Source: a virus. From it: a stretch of 29,763 bases of DNA. This document shows, piece by piece, positions 1 to 7,455 of the stretch; positions within the stretch are counted from its first letter, which is position 1; the number at the start of each line of letters is the position of its first letter. The position numbers and the translations under genes were made by a program. The stretch lies in the IMG/VR virus record IMGVR_UViG_2706795548_000001, positions 1 to 29,763 of that record. The stretch is one strand, 5' to 3'. The notes under the pieces were generated by a model, which saw only the letters and a program-made list of their open reading frames with translations, made no database searches and was not told where the DNA came from.

Positions 1-54
1 ATATAAATTGTTGGAGGGGTATAGTTAGGGAAATCAAGATGGAAAGATTTAAAA
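1..54. repeat. Left copy of inverted terminal repeat (54 bp perfect)
   Basis: 1..54 is the exact reverse complement of 29694..29747; looser similarity continues to about position 86. Confidence 0.95.
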
Positions 55-86
55 ATTTTAGCTTCAAAGTATATAATGGGGAAAAG
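28..86 (+). promoter_or_regulatory. Class B early promoter
   Basis: GGGAAATCAA-N6-AAGATTTAAAAA...TATATAATGGGGAAA; ATG 28 nt after start of TTTAAA box. Confidence 0.75.
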
Positions 87-333
87 AAAAATGGAAGCAA
101 AAGAGACAAAAAGGCAAAACAAAAAACAAGAGAAAAAAAAGGAAAAAATAGAAATAGTTGGGAATAAATTATTAAAAATGTACCATCAATTAGACAGGAT
201 GGAGGCGGAGATACTAGAGATACTTAAAGATGCTGATCCTGCTGAAATAGAACAAATTAGGAAGGATTTTATGTATACAAAATATTATTTAACCGGTATA
301 CACGCTGATGTGATTAGTTTTAAATATAAATAA
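76..333 (+). CDS. Hypothetical protein with basic N-terminus, terminal array
   Basis: 85-aa ORF behind class B promoter, followed by T-rich tract. Confidence 0.75.
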   Translation: MGKRKMEAKETKRQNKKQEKKKEKIEIVGNKLLKMYHQLDRMEAEILEILKDADPAEIEQIRKDFMYTKYYLTGIHADVISFKYK

Positions 334-420
334 TTTTTTCCTCTTTCTAATTTCTATTTTTTCTCATTTTTTATGTTTCTATCCTCATTTTTAATTTTTT
401 ATTTTGTAAATTAACTAAGA

Positions 421-441
421 TTATGGCTGTTTTTTCTCACA
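421..441 (+). terminator. Repeated T-rich intergenic motif, probable terminator
   Basis: TTATGGCTGTTTTTTCTCAC variant downstream of ORF 76..333. Confidence 0.45.
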
Positions 442-531
442 TTTGAGATAATATTTGTTTGATTTGAAAAATTCTAGATGCAATGTATAACGTTAATATG
501 GAAAATATAAATTGACAAACGGCAATAGGTA

Positions 532-590
532 ATGAATTCATTAAAGAAAGATTTAAAAAGTTAAAGTGTGAAGTATATAATGGGGAAAGG
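532..590 (+). promoter_or_regulatory. Class B early promoter
   Basis: ATGAATTCAT-N6-AAGATTTAAAAA...TATATAATGGGGAAA. Confidence 0.8.
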
Positions 591-918
591 AGAAATGGTA
601 AAGTTAAATGGCATTAAGTCAATCTTTTTCGGCGAGAAAGAAATTTTTTTAACATATAAGGATGTAAAAATTAGGATCCTAGAGAATGTCTACGGGGATA
701 TTGTTATATACCTTTTTTCAATGAAGGAGGTAGGAAAATTGGCTAAGTTATTTGATGAGTTTAACATGCCTTACCAAAAAATTGGGTATATGATAAGGAT
801 TGTGCGTGAACCGTATGAATTCGGTGTTGAAAGCTTTGAGGAATTAGCAGAGAAATTGAAATCAAAAAGATTTTTGTTACAATTCCTAAATGAAATTTTT
901 CCGCCAAATTTTCCGTGA
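580..918 (+). CDS. Hypothetical protein, terminal array
   Basis: Track start 568 (GTG); ATG 580 lies 28 nt after the TATA box as in sister promoters. Confidence 0.8.
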   Translation: MGKGEMVKLNGIKSIFFGEKEIFLTYKDVKIRILENVYGDIVIYLFSMKEVGKLAKLFDEFNMPYQKIGYMIRIVREPYEFGVESFEELAEKLKSKRFLLQFLNEIFPPNFP

Positions 919-993
919 AGTAATTATTTTTTTCTTAGGTTCCTAATTTGAAATTTTTTATTCCTTTTTTCCTTTTGTTTTCTCTTTCTCTTA

Positions 994-1017
994 TTTTTTT
1001 GGCTAATTTTTTTCACT
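994..1017 (+). terminator. Repeated T-rich intergenic motif
   Basis: TTTTTTTGGCTAATTTTTTTCACT. Confidence 0.55.
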
Positions 1018-1061
1018 TTTCAGATATTATTTGAACGATTTGAAAAATTTGATGAGAAGTA

Positions 1062-1082
1062 AAGATTTAAAAATGTTGGCAT
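1062..1082 (+). promoter_or_regulatory. Class A promoter
   Basis: AAGATTTAAAAATGTTGGCAT, identical to reverse complement of 28900..28920. Confidence 0.8.
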
Positions 1083-1098
1083 TTTGTGTTTCTTTGGC

Positions 1099-1773
1099 AT
1101 GAGCGATACACAAGTAAATCAAAACCCCAGTTTAATATACCCTGGTCCAATTTTTCAATTAAGGACCAGTTGGGTATACAAAATAATAATTGATGACCAG
1201 AAATATGCTATCGACTGCAGGCAATATGTAAGCCACAGTGGGTTGACAACAGAGGGATGCTATCAGATAGAGCTTAATAAATATAGGCAAATTAAATTAA
1301 GGCAAGTTAGAGGTTTATGGATTGAAATCGCCAAGAAAATGGAAGTTGATTCCGATTTCAAATTTACCAGAGAGAACTTAATTTTGCCACATGTATTTTT
1401 GAGGGCTTATGAGGATTTTCTGCAATATTTAATGCCTTACAAAAAGTACCTAGTTAAATTCAACAATTACGGTTTTACTGTTTATATCGCAAAGAAAGCC
1501 CCTGAACTAAAGCCAAAAAGTCCAACGATAACGCAAGGGAAATTAGAAATTTATAAGATGGAAGAAGTTCCATCGACAATAGAATTTGTACCATGGCAGT
1601 TGAACTTTTATGGACATTATGCTGTTGGAGATGTGAATTTGAAATTTGCTAAAGATGGTATACTAGTAAAAGTTGATGACGAGTTGACGATTAGAGCTTT
1701 AGGTTATAATCCAATATCTTTAGGACCTGGGATTTATCTCCTGGTTCACCCCCCAGAAAAGAGTAGAGATTAA
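1099..1773 (+). CDS. acrIIIB1: AcrIIIB1-like anti-CRISPR protein (SIRV2 gp48 family)
   Basis: CxxYxSxSGxTxEGCxQ...RQVRG block, LVKFNNY, QGKLEIY and C-terminal YLLVHP...D match SIRV2 gp48 as recalled; start moved from TTG 1084 to ATG 1099. Confidence 0.7.
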   Translation: MSDTQVNQNPSLIYPGPIFQLRTSWVYKIIIDDQKYAIDCRQYVSHSGLTTEGCYQIELNKYRQIKLRQVRGLWIEIAKKMEVDSDFKFTRENLILPHVFLRAYEDFLQYLMPYKKYLVKFNNYGFTVYIAKKAPELKPKSPTITQGKLEIYKMEEVPSTIEFVPWQLNFYGHYAVGDVNLKFAKDGILVKVDDELTIRALGYNPISLGPGIYLLVHPPEKSRD

Positions 1774-1887
1774 CAGTCAAAGTTATTTTTATTTGTTTTT
1801 GTGTTCCTATTTCTTTAGTTTGCTAATTTGAACCTTCAATGTATAATCGTAATATTTAACATATGAGTTATACAATCGTGATTCCTT

Positions 1888-1946
1888 ATGAATTCATTAT
1901 AGTAAGATTTAAATACTTAAGATTACAAGTATATATTGGGGAAATG
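1888..1946 (+). promoter_or_regulatory. Class B early promoter
   Basis: ATGAATTCAT-N6-AAGATTTAAATA; 1904..1942 matches reverse complement of 26690..26728 at 37/39. Confidence 0.8.
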
Positions 1947-2180
1947 GGAATGGAAAATCAAAACAAAATAAGTGATTTCAAAAGTTGTTTAAAGTTTTTT
2001 AATATACCAGATATGCCGTTTGAGGCATTAAGTTATTCGGAAAAAGAGTTGTACAACATTTGCTATAGGTTTTACAAAGCAGGCGACTTAGATTTCGACA
2101 GTGTTGATACTTCTGCATTAGATGCTGAAAATAAGAGAAAGTTATCTGAGTTAGTAAGCCAAATTTTAGATACATTTTAA
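1944..2180 (+). CDS. Hypothetical small protein
   Basis: Track start 1863 runs through the promoter; ATG 1944 or 1950 is the likely start. Confidence 0.75.
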   Translation: MGMENQNKISDFKSCLKFFNIPDMPFEALSYSEKELYNICYRFYKAGDLDFDSVDTSALDAENKRKLSELVSQILDTF

Positions 2181-2198
2181 CAAAGGGTGTAGGCTACT

Positions 2199-2375
2199 GT
2201 GAGAGTCGTAACATTTAAATTAGAGGAAACGTTGTTGGAACAATTAGACAGCCTTGCAATCAAATATCAATTAACAAGAAGTGAGATAATCAGAAAAGCC
2301 ATAGAAAAGCTGATAGAAGAAGAGAGAAGCAAAGAACAAATTCCAAAGGCAAGAGTCGAAAAGATTAGGCTTTAA
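2199..2375 (+). CDS. Ribbon-helix-helix (CopG-like) transcription regulator, 58 aa, not in ORF track
   Basis: Hand translation [58 protein letters not shown]; beta-strand plus RSEIIRKAI helix. Confidence 0.85.
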   Translation: MRVVTFKLEETLLEQLDSLAIKYQLTRSEIIRKAIEKLIEEERSKEQIPKARVEKIRL

Positions 2376-2383
2376 GTCATTTA

Positions 2384-2409
2384 TTTTTTTATGGTCTATT
2401 TTTTTCACT
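2384..2409 (+). terminator. Repeated T-rich intergenic motif
   Basis: TTTTTTTATGGTCTATTTTTTTCACT between convergent genes. Confidence 0.55.
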
Positions 2410-2435
2410 TTTGACATAATATTTCTATTTCTTTA

Positions 2436-2882
2436 TTATTTGTCTTTAGCATTCCTCTCTTTTTGCTTAAACATGTATTGCAATACTTTCCTTATTGTTT
2501 CGATATCAAGATTTAAAATTTCAAAATGTAAATAATAATATTTTCCAAACCTTCTCTGCATTTCTTTATAATCTATTTGTGTATTTGTTGCAATTAGTCG
2601 ATGATAATGTAATTTGTGTAATTTACCACGTTCAATAACTGAAAATATCTCTGCCTGGTATTTCGTTTTGATGTATTCTTTTGGCGGTAAGTATATCTCT
2701 CCATTTGTCGCTTTTGTCTTCCTTTTTCTCTTCTTTTTGCCTTTTTTTGTAGTTTCAGTCATTAGGTAGAGATATTTGAAATTTTCGACTTTGCTAAGAA
2801 AATTTCGCAGTTTCTCTACTGTAGACTCTGAGATATTGTATTTTATTACAATCTCTGCGATAATAAGGTCTTGATCTTCCAC
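2436..2882 (-). CDS. rep: HUH-superfamily Rep nicking protein (SIRV1 ORF119-like)
   Basis: HUH motif LHYH and catalytic YxxK motif (QYMFK); position next to SvtR-like and ssb genes. Confidence 0.8.
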   Translation of the reverse strand: MEDQDLIIAEIVIKYNISESTVEKLRNFLSKVENFKYLYLMTETTKKGKKKRKRKTKATNGEIYLPPKEYIKTKYQAEIFSVIERGKLHKLHYHRLIATNTQIDYKEMQRRFGKYYYLHFEILNLDIETIRKVLQYMFKQKERNAKDK

Positions 2883-2918
2883 AAGAAAAAAAGAGGTGAA
2901 AACAAAAAAAAGATTTCT

Positions 2919-3077
2919 TTATTTATCCGTTTCGTCTTCAGATTCTGGCAGTTGATCCACAAATTTCCTAATTAGATCATTTATTGTGATACCATGATTA
3001 ATACAGTATATTTTTAGCTTTTTATGTTGTTCTTTTGTAAGCCTTACTGATATTAATACCTTAGCTTCTCCGGACAT
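2919..3077 (-). CDS. svtR: SvtR-like RHH repressor, 52 aa, not in ORF track
   Basis: Hand translation MSGEAKVLISVRLTKEQHKKLKIYCINHGITINDLIRKFVDQLPESEDETDK; LKIYC resembles SvtR LKVYC; lies upstream of rep. Confidence 0.7.
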   Translation of the reverse strand: MSGEAKVLISVRLTKEQHKKLKIYCINHGITINDLIRKFVDQLPESEDETDK

Positions 3078-3154
3078 GGCGTTGTCACTTCTTGTATTAT
3101 TTGATTACATTTAAAAGCAGTAAAGATTTGGATAATACTAGTTACTATGATTTT

Positions 3155-3175
3155 AAGATTTAAAAATGTTGTCAT
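3155..3175 (+). promoter_or_regulatory. Class A promoter
   Basis: AAGATTTAAAAATGTTGTCAT; 3148..3178 is a perfect 31-bp inverted copy of 25296..25326. Confidence 0.8.
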
Positions 3176-3201
3176 CAAATCTTCATTTACGGTGTTTGGA
3201 A

Positions 3202-3483
3202 ATGAAAAACCTAACTCGGATGATCTCTGTCCGAGTTTCCAAGACACAATACCAGTTTTTTTTAATGTATAAGCAAGAATTAAAGGAAAAGTTGTTAAAA
3301 AAGGTGGGAGAAATGGAAAATATAAATATTAAATTGGACCCAACAAAAGATAAAGAAATTTATGACAATTTAATATCATTCAGAGTACCTTACCAATATT
3401 TCCAGAAAATTGAAGAGATAGCAGATAAAAATCAAGTGAAAATAAGTGATGTGATAAGAAATATTCTATTCAGTGGTGAATAA
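3202..3483 (+). CDS. Tandem RHH-like DNA-binding protein
   Basis: Two RHH-type strands (ISVRV, ISFRV), second followed by KISDVIRNIL helix; track start 3166 lies inside the promoter motif. Confidence 0.65.
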   Translation: MKNLTRMISVRVSKTQYQFFLMYKQELKEKLLKKVGEMENINIKLDPTKDKEIYDNLISFRVPYQYFQKIEEIADKNQVKISDVIRNILFSGE

Positions 3484-3484
3484 A

Positions 3485-3865
3485 ATGGCAACTTTGGAAG
3501 AAATTTTCAATGAATTAAGAGACAAAGCGAAACAAAGCGGAAAGCCGGCAACAAGAGTACTAAAGATCAAGGGGCTAAAAAGGTTAGTTATACAGTTGAA
3601 TGCTATACCCAATGGCAATAGTGTAAGATTTTCAATGACAGTACATAGTCAGAGAAACTACAAGAAACAGTTAGGAATTGTTGCGGGAGATGCAGATGAT
3701 TTTGCAATTATCGCTAAATTCTTGCAGAGTCATAAGGATCTATTGGATAAATATGTAAAATTTACAGTTACTAATAGCAATAATGAAGTTGAAGTAGATC
3801 TTGGAGAAGAAAATGAAGAGCCAAAGAAAGAGAGGAAAAAGAAAAACGTGGAGGATGAGTTCTAA
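3485..3865 (+). CDS. Rudiviral ssDNA-binding protein (SIRV2 gp17/ORF131 family)
   Basis: RVLKIKGLKRLVIQLNAIP...MTVHSQRNYKKQLG core with charged C-terminal tail; upstream of ATPase and nuclease. Confidence 0.85.
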   Translation: MATLEEIFNELRDKAKQSGKPATRVLKIKGLKRLVIQLNAIPNGNSVRFSMTVHSQRNYKKQLGIVAGDADDFAIIAKFLQSHKDLLDKYVKFTVTNSNNEVEVDLGEENEEPKKERKKKNVEDEF

Positions 3866-4138
3866 ATGTCGTTACTAGAAGAAAATCCGGATTTAAATAC
3901 AATTAAAGATGCAATAGAAAATCAATTTTACAGATATCATACGTCAAGACTTGATGTTGTACTATTGCCAATTAGCGATAACATGGGAATATTTTATACA
4001 ATTTATACTATTGAATATGCCGATATTGAAAATATAGCGTCAGTAGGTCTCGAAAAGGGAGTTTATTATTTCAACAAAGAAACAAAAAGCCTTAAAATCC
4101 AAATTGGCAGATTTGAAAAGCAAATCAACTTAAGTTAA
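3866..4138 (+). CDS. Hypothetical protein
   Basis: 90-aa ORF abutting the ssb stop codon. Confidence 0.75.
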   Translation: MSLLEENPDLNTIKDAIENQFYRYHTSRLDVVLLPISDNMGIFYTIYTIEYADIENIASVGLEKGVYYFNKETKSLKIQIGRFEKQINLS

Positions 4139-4142
4139 TATA

Positions 4143-4167
4143 TTTTTTTATGGCTAATTTTTCTCAT
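4143..4167 (+). terminator. Repeated T-rich intergenic motif
   Basis: TTTTTTTATGGCTAATTTTTCTCAT immediately after stop 4138. Confidence 0.6.
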
Positions 4168-4240
4168 TTTTGTTTTAATATTACTACTTCTCAATTTACA
4201 ATTGGCATATTTTTGTGGGTAGTCGAGAGATATACAACAG

Positions 4241-4268
4241 TCATATTCATAATATTAACCATATGCAT
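4241..4268. promoter_or_regulatory. Core-gene upstream block
   Basis: 26/28 identical to 12761..12788; 4235..4268 vs 12755..12788 is 32/34. Confidence 0.7.
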
Positions 4269-4317
4269 TTTGCAGGGTCACGATAGATTAAAAGATGTTT
4301 TCACCAAATAATTTATC

Positions 4318-5625
4318 GTGGCATCTCTAGATGAATTCAAAAAGTTATTTGAAGAGAATTCATTTATTTTTAATCCTAGAGATGAAAATCGAATTTTATA
4401 CTACATCTTCAGAAATACTAACATTCCAGAAGAAAAGAAAGCTAACGCATTAAAGGCATGGCATTTGGGGAATGACAACCAGTATTTCGAAATGTATAAA
4501 GCCTTCACTGACGAAATAAAATTTATATCTAAAATTGTGAAATTTAAAGAGAAAGGTGGAGAAATTGTTGCTTACTTTCAGAATGGTTTCACTGGGCGTT
4601 TTGATCCCAGGATGTTGGCGGATAACCCGGATGACGCTTATAATTTAATGCAATCCTACTTGTTAGTTAAAATCAAAAAGACGACTGATAGTTGGGAAAT
4701 TTACGATATTATCCCAGTCGAGCCTGCAAAAAATGTTGATGTTGCAAGACAACTGTTGCAATTTGTAGAGGCTGAGCATATGACATATGCCGTTTTACTA
4801 TATGCTTTTGGTTATGACGTGGAGAAGATGGATTCGAATGATGCACTGCTAACAATTCCAAGATTTTCCCCGCTTTTTGTCTCACCATATTCAAAAAGAA
4901 GATATAACGTCATAGAAATTTCCAATCCTGGGACTGGGAAAACTTCAATTTTTACAATACTACAAGAAGTTTTTAATTTCAGATACTATACTGAGCCACC
5001 AACTTATGCCAATTTAGTCTATGATGCGAGAAATAATGTCTACGGTGCGGTCTATCTTGCTAAGGGGCTAATCTTTGACGAAATTCAAACTTGGAAAGAT
5101 AACACAAACAAGAAAAATATGGATACAATAAATTCAACATTATCGACAGGAATTGAAAATTGTATTTGGACAAGGGGGGCAGGGACTGAAAGTAAATCCG
5201 CAACGATTCACAGATGTTTACCAATAATATATGCGGGAAATCCAATAACCATGACTTTAGATAAATTTGCCTCACCAGATGTTGAGGATTATTTGTCGAA
5301 ATATGAAATTTTTACTCCCGCAATATTAGATAGATTTCACTTAATCCAAGTTACGATAAAGAAAACTTACGATAAAATTGGAAGTAGGAGGGTTCTTTAT
5401 CCTTCAGTTTTGAAGGCTTTAGTTGATCTCTTGCAAGAAAAACTAAATCAACAGAATCATTTTGTAGATTGCCAAAATTTCTCATCAAGAAGATATGATC
5501 AGGCTGTCGACATTCAGTTGTTGTTGAGAACTCTGGATTTGCAAAATGATGAGATTGAGAAAGATCAAGATGCGTTTTGTTCAAGACTTCAGCAATATAT
5601 GCGATTTATGAATTTGATAGGGTGA
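4318..5625 (+). CDS. Lon-like AAA+ ATPase (SIRV2 gp18/ORF436 family)
   Basis: Walker A SNPGTGKT, Walker B LIFDE, AILDRF arginine-finger region. Confidence 0.88.
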   Translation: MASLDEFKKLFEENSFIFNPRDENRILYYIFRNTNIPEEKKANALKAWHLGNDNQYFEMYKAFTDEIKFISKIVKFKEKGGEIVAYFQNGFTGRFDPRMLADNPDDAYNLMQSYLLVKIKKTTDSWEIYDIIPVEPAKNVDVARQLLQFVEAEHMTYAVLLYAFGYDVEKMDSNDALLTIPRFSPLFVSPYSKRRYNVIEISNPGTGKTSIFTILQEVFNFRYYTEPPTYANLVYDARNNVYGAVYLAKGLIFDEIQTWKDNTNKKNMDTINSTLSTGIENCIWTRGAGTESKSATIHRCLPIIYAGNPITMTLDKFASPDVEDYLSKYEIFTPAILDRFHLIQVTIKKTYDKIGSRRVLYPSVLKALVDLLQEKLNQQNHFVDCQNFSSRRYDQAVDIQLLLRTLDLQNDEIEKDQDAFCSRLQQYMRFMNLIG

Positions 5626-6257
5626 TAGAGACGGTTTACGAAAATAGGATTAAAGAGAGTTTTAAGAAGCTTTATCCAGAAGATACGCTTTACCCGTCAG
5701 AAATTGGACACTGTCTAAGGCGTTCAATTTTGGCAAGAAGAATTGAACATACAAAAAATTTTGCAAATGAAGTTGTTGATTATGGATTAGCAATCCACGA
5801 AGATGTTGAAATTTATTTCAAAGAGAAACTTAGTTGCGAAGCTGAGAAATCAATTGAGTATGAAATTGAAGGTGTAAAAATTTCAGCAAGAGTTGATTTA
5901 TTGTGTGGAAGCGATTTGATTGAGTTAAAGACAGTCCCACATTTTATTCGTCAGCCTTATCAAAGCCATATCATACAAGTTTCACTTTATTATTATATAC
6001 TGTCACAATTGAATTATAAAATTGATAATGTCTATCTTATTTATATAAATAGGCAAAATTATGATGTTCAAGAATTTAAAATTCAAAAAGATCAACTTGA
6101 TCAAGGCTTGAAAAATGCAATAGACTTCATCAAAAATTACAAAAAATATAAAGACGAACAAAATATATTTAAAATCCCAATTGGGGACACAACATTTTGT
6201 AAAAATTGCGAATTTAAGAACATTTGCTATGGTTCAATTAATAATTTTTTAAAATGA
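5622..6257 (+). CDS. cas4: Cas4-like PD-(D/E)XK nuclease with Fe-S cysteines (SIRV2 gp19 family)
   Basis: YPSEIGHCLR, ARVDLL..IELKT, QVSLY and CKNCEFKNIC; GTGA overlap with ATPase stop gives start 5622. Confidence 0.9.
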   Translation: MIETVYENRIKESFKKLYPEDTLYPSEIGHCLRRSILARRIEHTKNFANEVVDYGLAIHEDVEIYFKEKLSCEAEKSIEYEIEGVKISARVDLLCGSDLIELKTVPHFIRQPYQSHIIQVSLYYYILSQLNYKIDNVYLIYINRQNYDVQEFKIQKDQLDQGLKNAIDFIKNYKKYKDEQNIFKIPIGDTTFCKNCEFKNICYGSINNFLK

Positions 6258-6325
6258 GTGTATGATTCTCTGGATTACTCTCAGAGTGCTATGCTTATAA
6301 ATTACATATTATTAAGTATATTATT

Positions 6326-6649
6326 ATGAAAGGTAAATTTGACGATTGGAATAAATATAGATCAGACGTTAATAAAATAATACTTGAGTATTTCAATAAA
6401 GTTGGCATAATGGCGACAACAAGAGCTTTATATTTCTCATTTGCGCAAAAAATATTAGCAATTGTTAGAAAGCAAAAAGATGAAAATCTTATTAATAAAT
6501 TAATCGAGGGGAATATTAAATATTACGCAATGGCATTTGATGCAAATGAAAAAGTATTGCGTGATATTGTAAAAATTATAATTTTAGCTAAAATTGTAAA
6601 AATGAACCCTGATGATATATTGAAAGAAGTATTAACGCAGAAATCGTGA
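6326..6649 (+). CDS. Major-capsid-protein paralogue (SIRV2 fold, lacking N-terminal arm)
   Basis: Aligns with C-terminal part of MCP: GIMATTRALYFSFAQKI vs GVTGPMRAIYQGYGLKV; EGNIKYYAMAFDAN vs AGLKAYYVSAFGAN. Confidence 0.7.
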   Translation: MKGKFDDWNKYRSDVNKIILEYFNKVGIMATTRALYFSFAQKILAIVRKQKDENLINKLIEGNIKYYAMAFDANEKVLRDIVKIIILAKIVKMNPDDILKEVLTQKS

Positions 6650-6665
6650 TAGTATCGCCGATACA

Positions 6666-6708
6666 CATATTCCTAATATTAATTATATGCATATTAAGCA
6701 TTCAATTT
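6666..6708. promoter_or_regulatory. Core-gene upstream block (MCP promoter)
   Basis: 6674..6708 matches 12770..12804 at 33/35. Confidence 0.75.
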
Positions 6709-6745
6709 TTATAAGCTATAAATTCAAATAACTAAATGACAAAAC

Positions 6746-7150
6746 ATGGCGAAAGGACACACACCTAGATCATTTGCACAAAGGTATAGTAAATGGAGTG
6801 CAAAATTCACTGCATTTAGTAATCCAACAGTTGCGTCAACGATACTGACTAATGTTGCACCTTCCGCACAAGGCAACTTCCAGACCAACGTAACTAAATT
6901 CACGTCAGTTAACGAACAAGTTTCGGCAGTATTAACACAATACGGAGTTACTGGACCTATGAGAGCAATTTATCAAGGCTACGGATTAAAAGTCGCAAGA
7001 GCTTTAAATAGGATCGGTGCCGGACCCGCTTTAACAAACATGATTGCAGGACTAAAGGCTTATTACGTTTCAGCGTTTGGCGCTAATCCAACAATTCTAG
7101 ATGCAGTAACTAACATCATAACCGGTTCACCTAACGGATACGTAAGCTAA
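6746..7150 (+). CDS. Major capsid protein (SIRV2 P134 family)
   Basis: 134 aa, MAKGHTPRSFAQRYSKW...IITGSPNGYVS, near-identical to the SIRV coat protein as recalled. Confidence 0.97.
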   Translation: MAKGHTPRSFAQRYSKWSAKFTAFSNPTVASTILTNVAPSAQGNFQTNVTKFTSVNEQVSAVLTQYGVTGPMRAIYQGYGLKVARALNRIGAGPALTNMIAGLKAYYVSAFGANPTILDAVTNIITGSPNGYVS

Positions 7151-7230
7151 ACTTAAAAGCTAATTTTCAATTTTTTTATCTTTTTCTACTTCTTGTTTTG
7201 CTTAAAAATGTAATCTTCAAACGTTAAATT

Positions 7231-7455
7231 ATGTTTGAAGAATATCTAAAGCAAAAAGGTTTTGAACCACATCATATTTCAATTTTAAAAGATTTCTTGA
7301 TTGAAATAAGAGAAGCGCTAAGCACAAATGTTAGCAATTATGATTTAGATGAAATTATAAATTCAATTGTTGAATATTTCGCAACAACATACAGATTACA
7401 AAAAGAAGATCTTTATCAACTTGTGAATGAGGCAATTGAGGACGGTGTTGTATGA
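7231..7455 (+). CDS. Small helical hypothetical protein
   Basis: 74-aa ORF abutting the glycosyltransferase start. Confidence 0.8.
   Translation: MFEEYLKQKGFEPHHISILKDFLIEIREALSTNVSNYDLDEIINSIVEYFATTYRLQKEDLYQLVNEAIEDGVV

Noticed and set aside
3053-3247. 64-aa minus-strand ORF from the track
   Set aside because: Spans a divergent promoter, overlaps the tandem-RHH gene and is out of frame with the SvtR-like ORF; shadow ORF
4709-5584. Minus-strand ORFs 4709..4894, 5060..5275 and 5351..5584
   Set aside because: Fully antisense to the ATPase; no motifs or promoters
5622-6257. cas4 as part of a CRISPR-Cas locus
   Set aside because: No cas1/cas2 and no repeat-spacer array; it is the rudiviral stand-alone Cas4-like nuclease in the replication module
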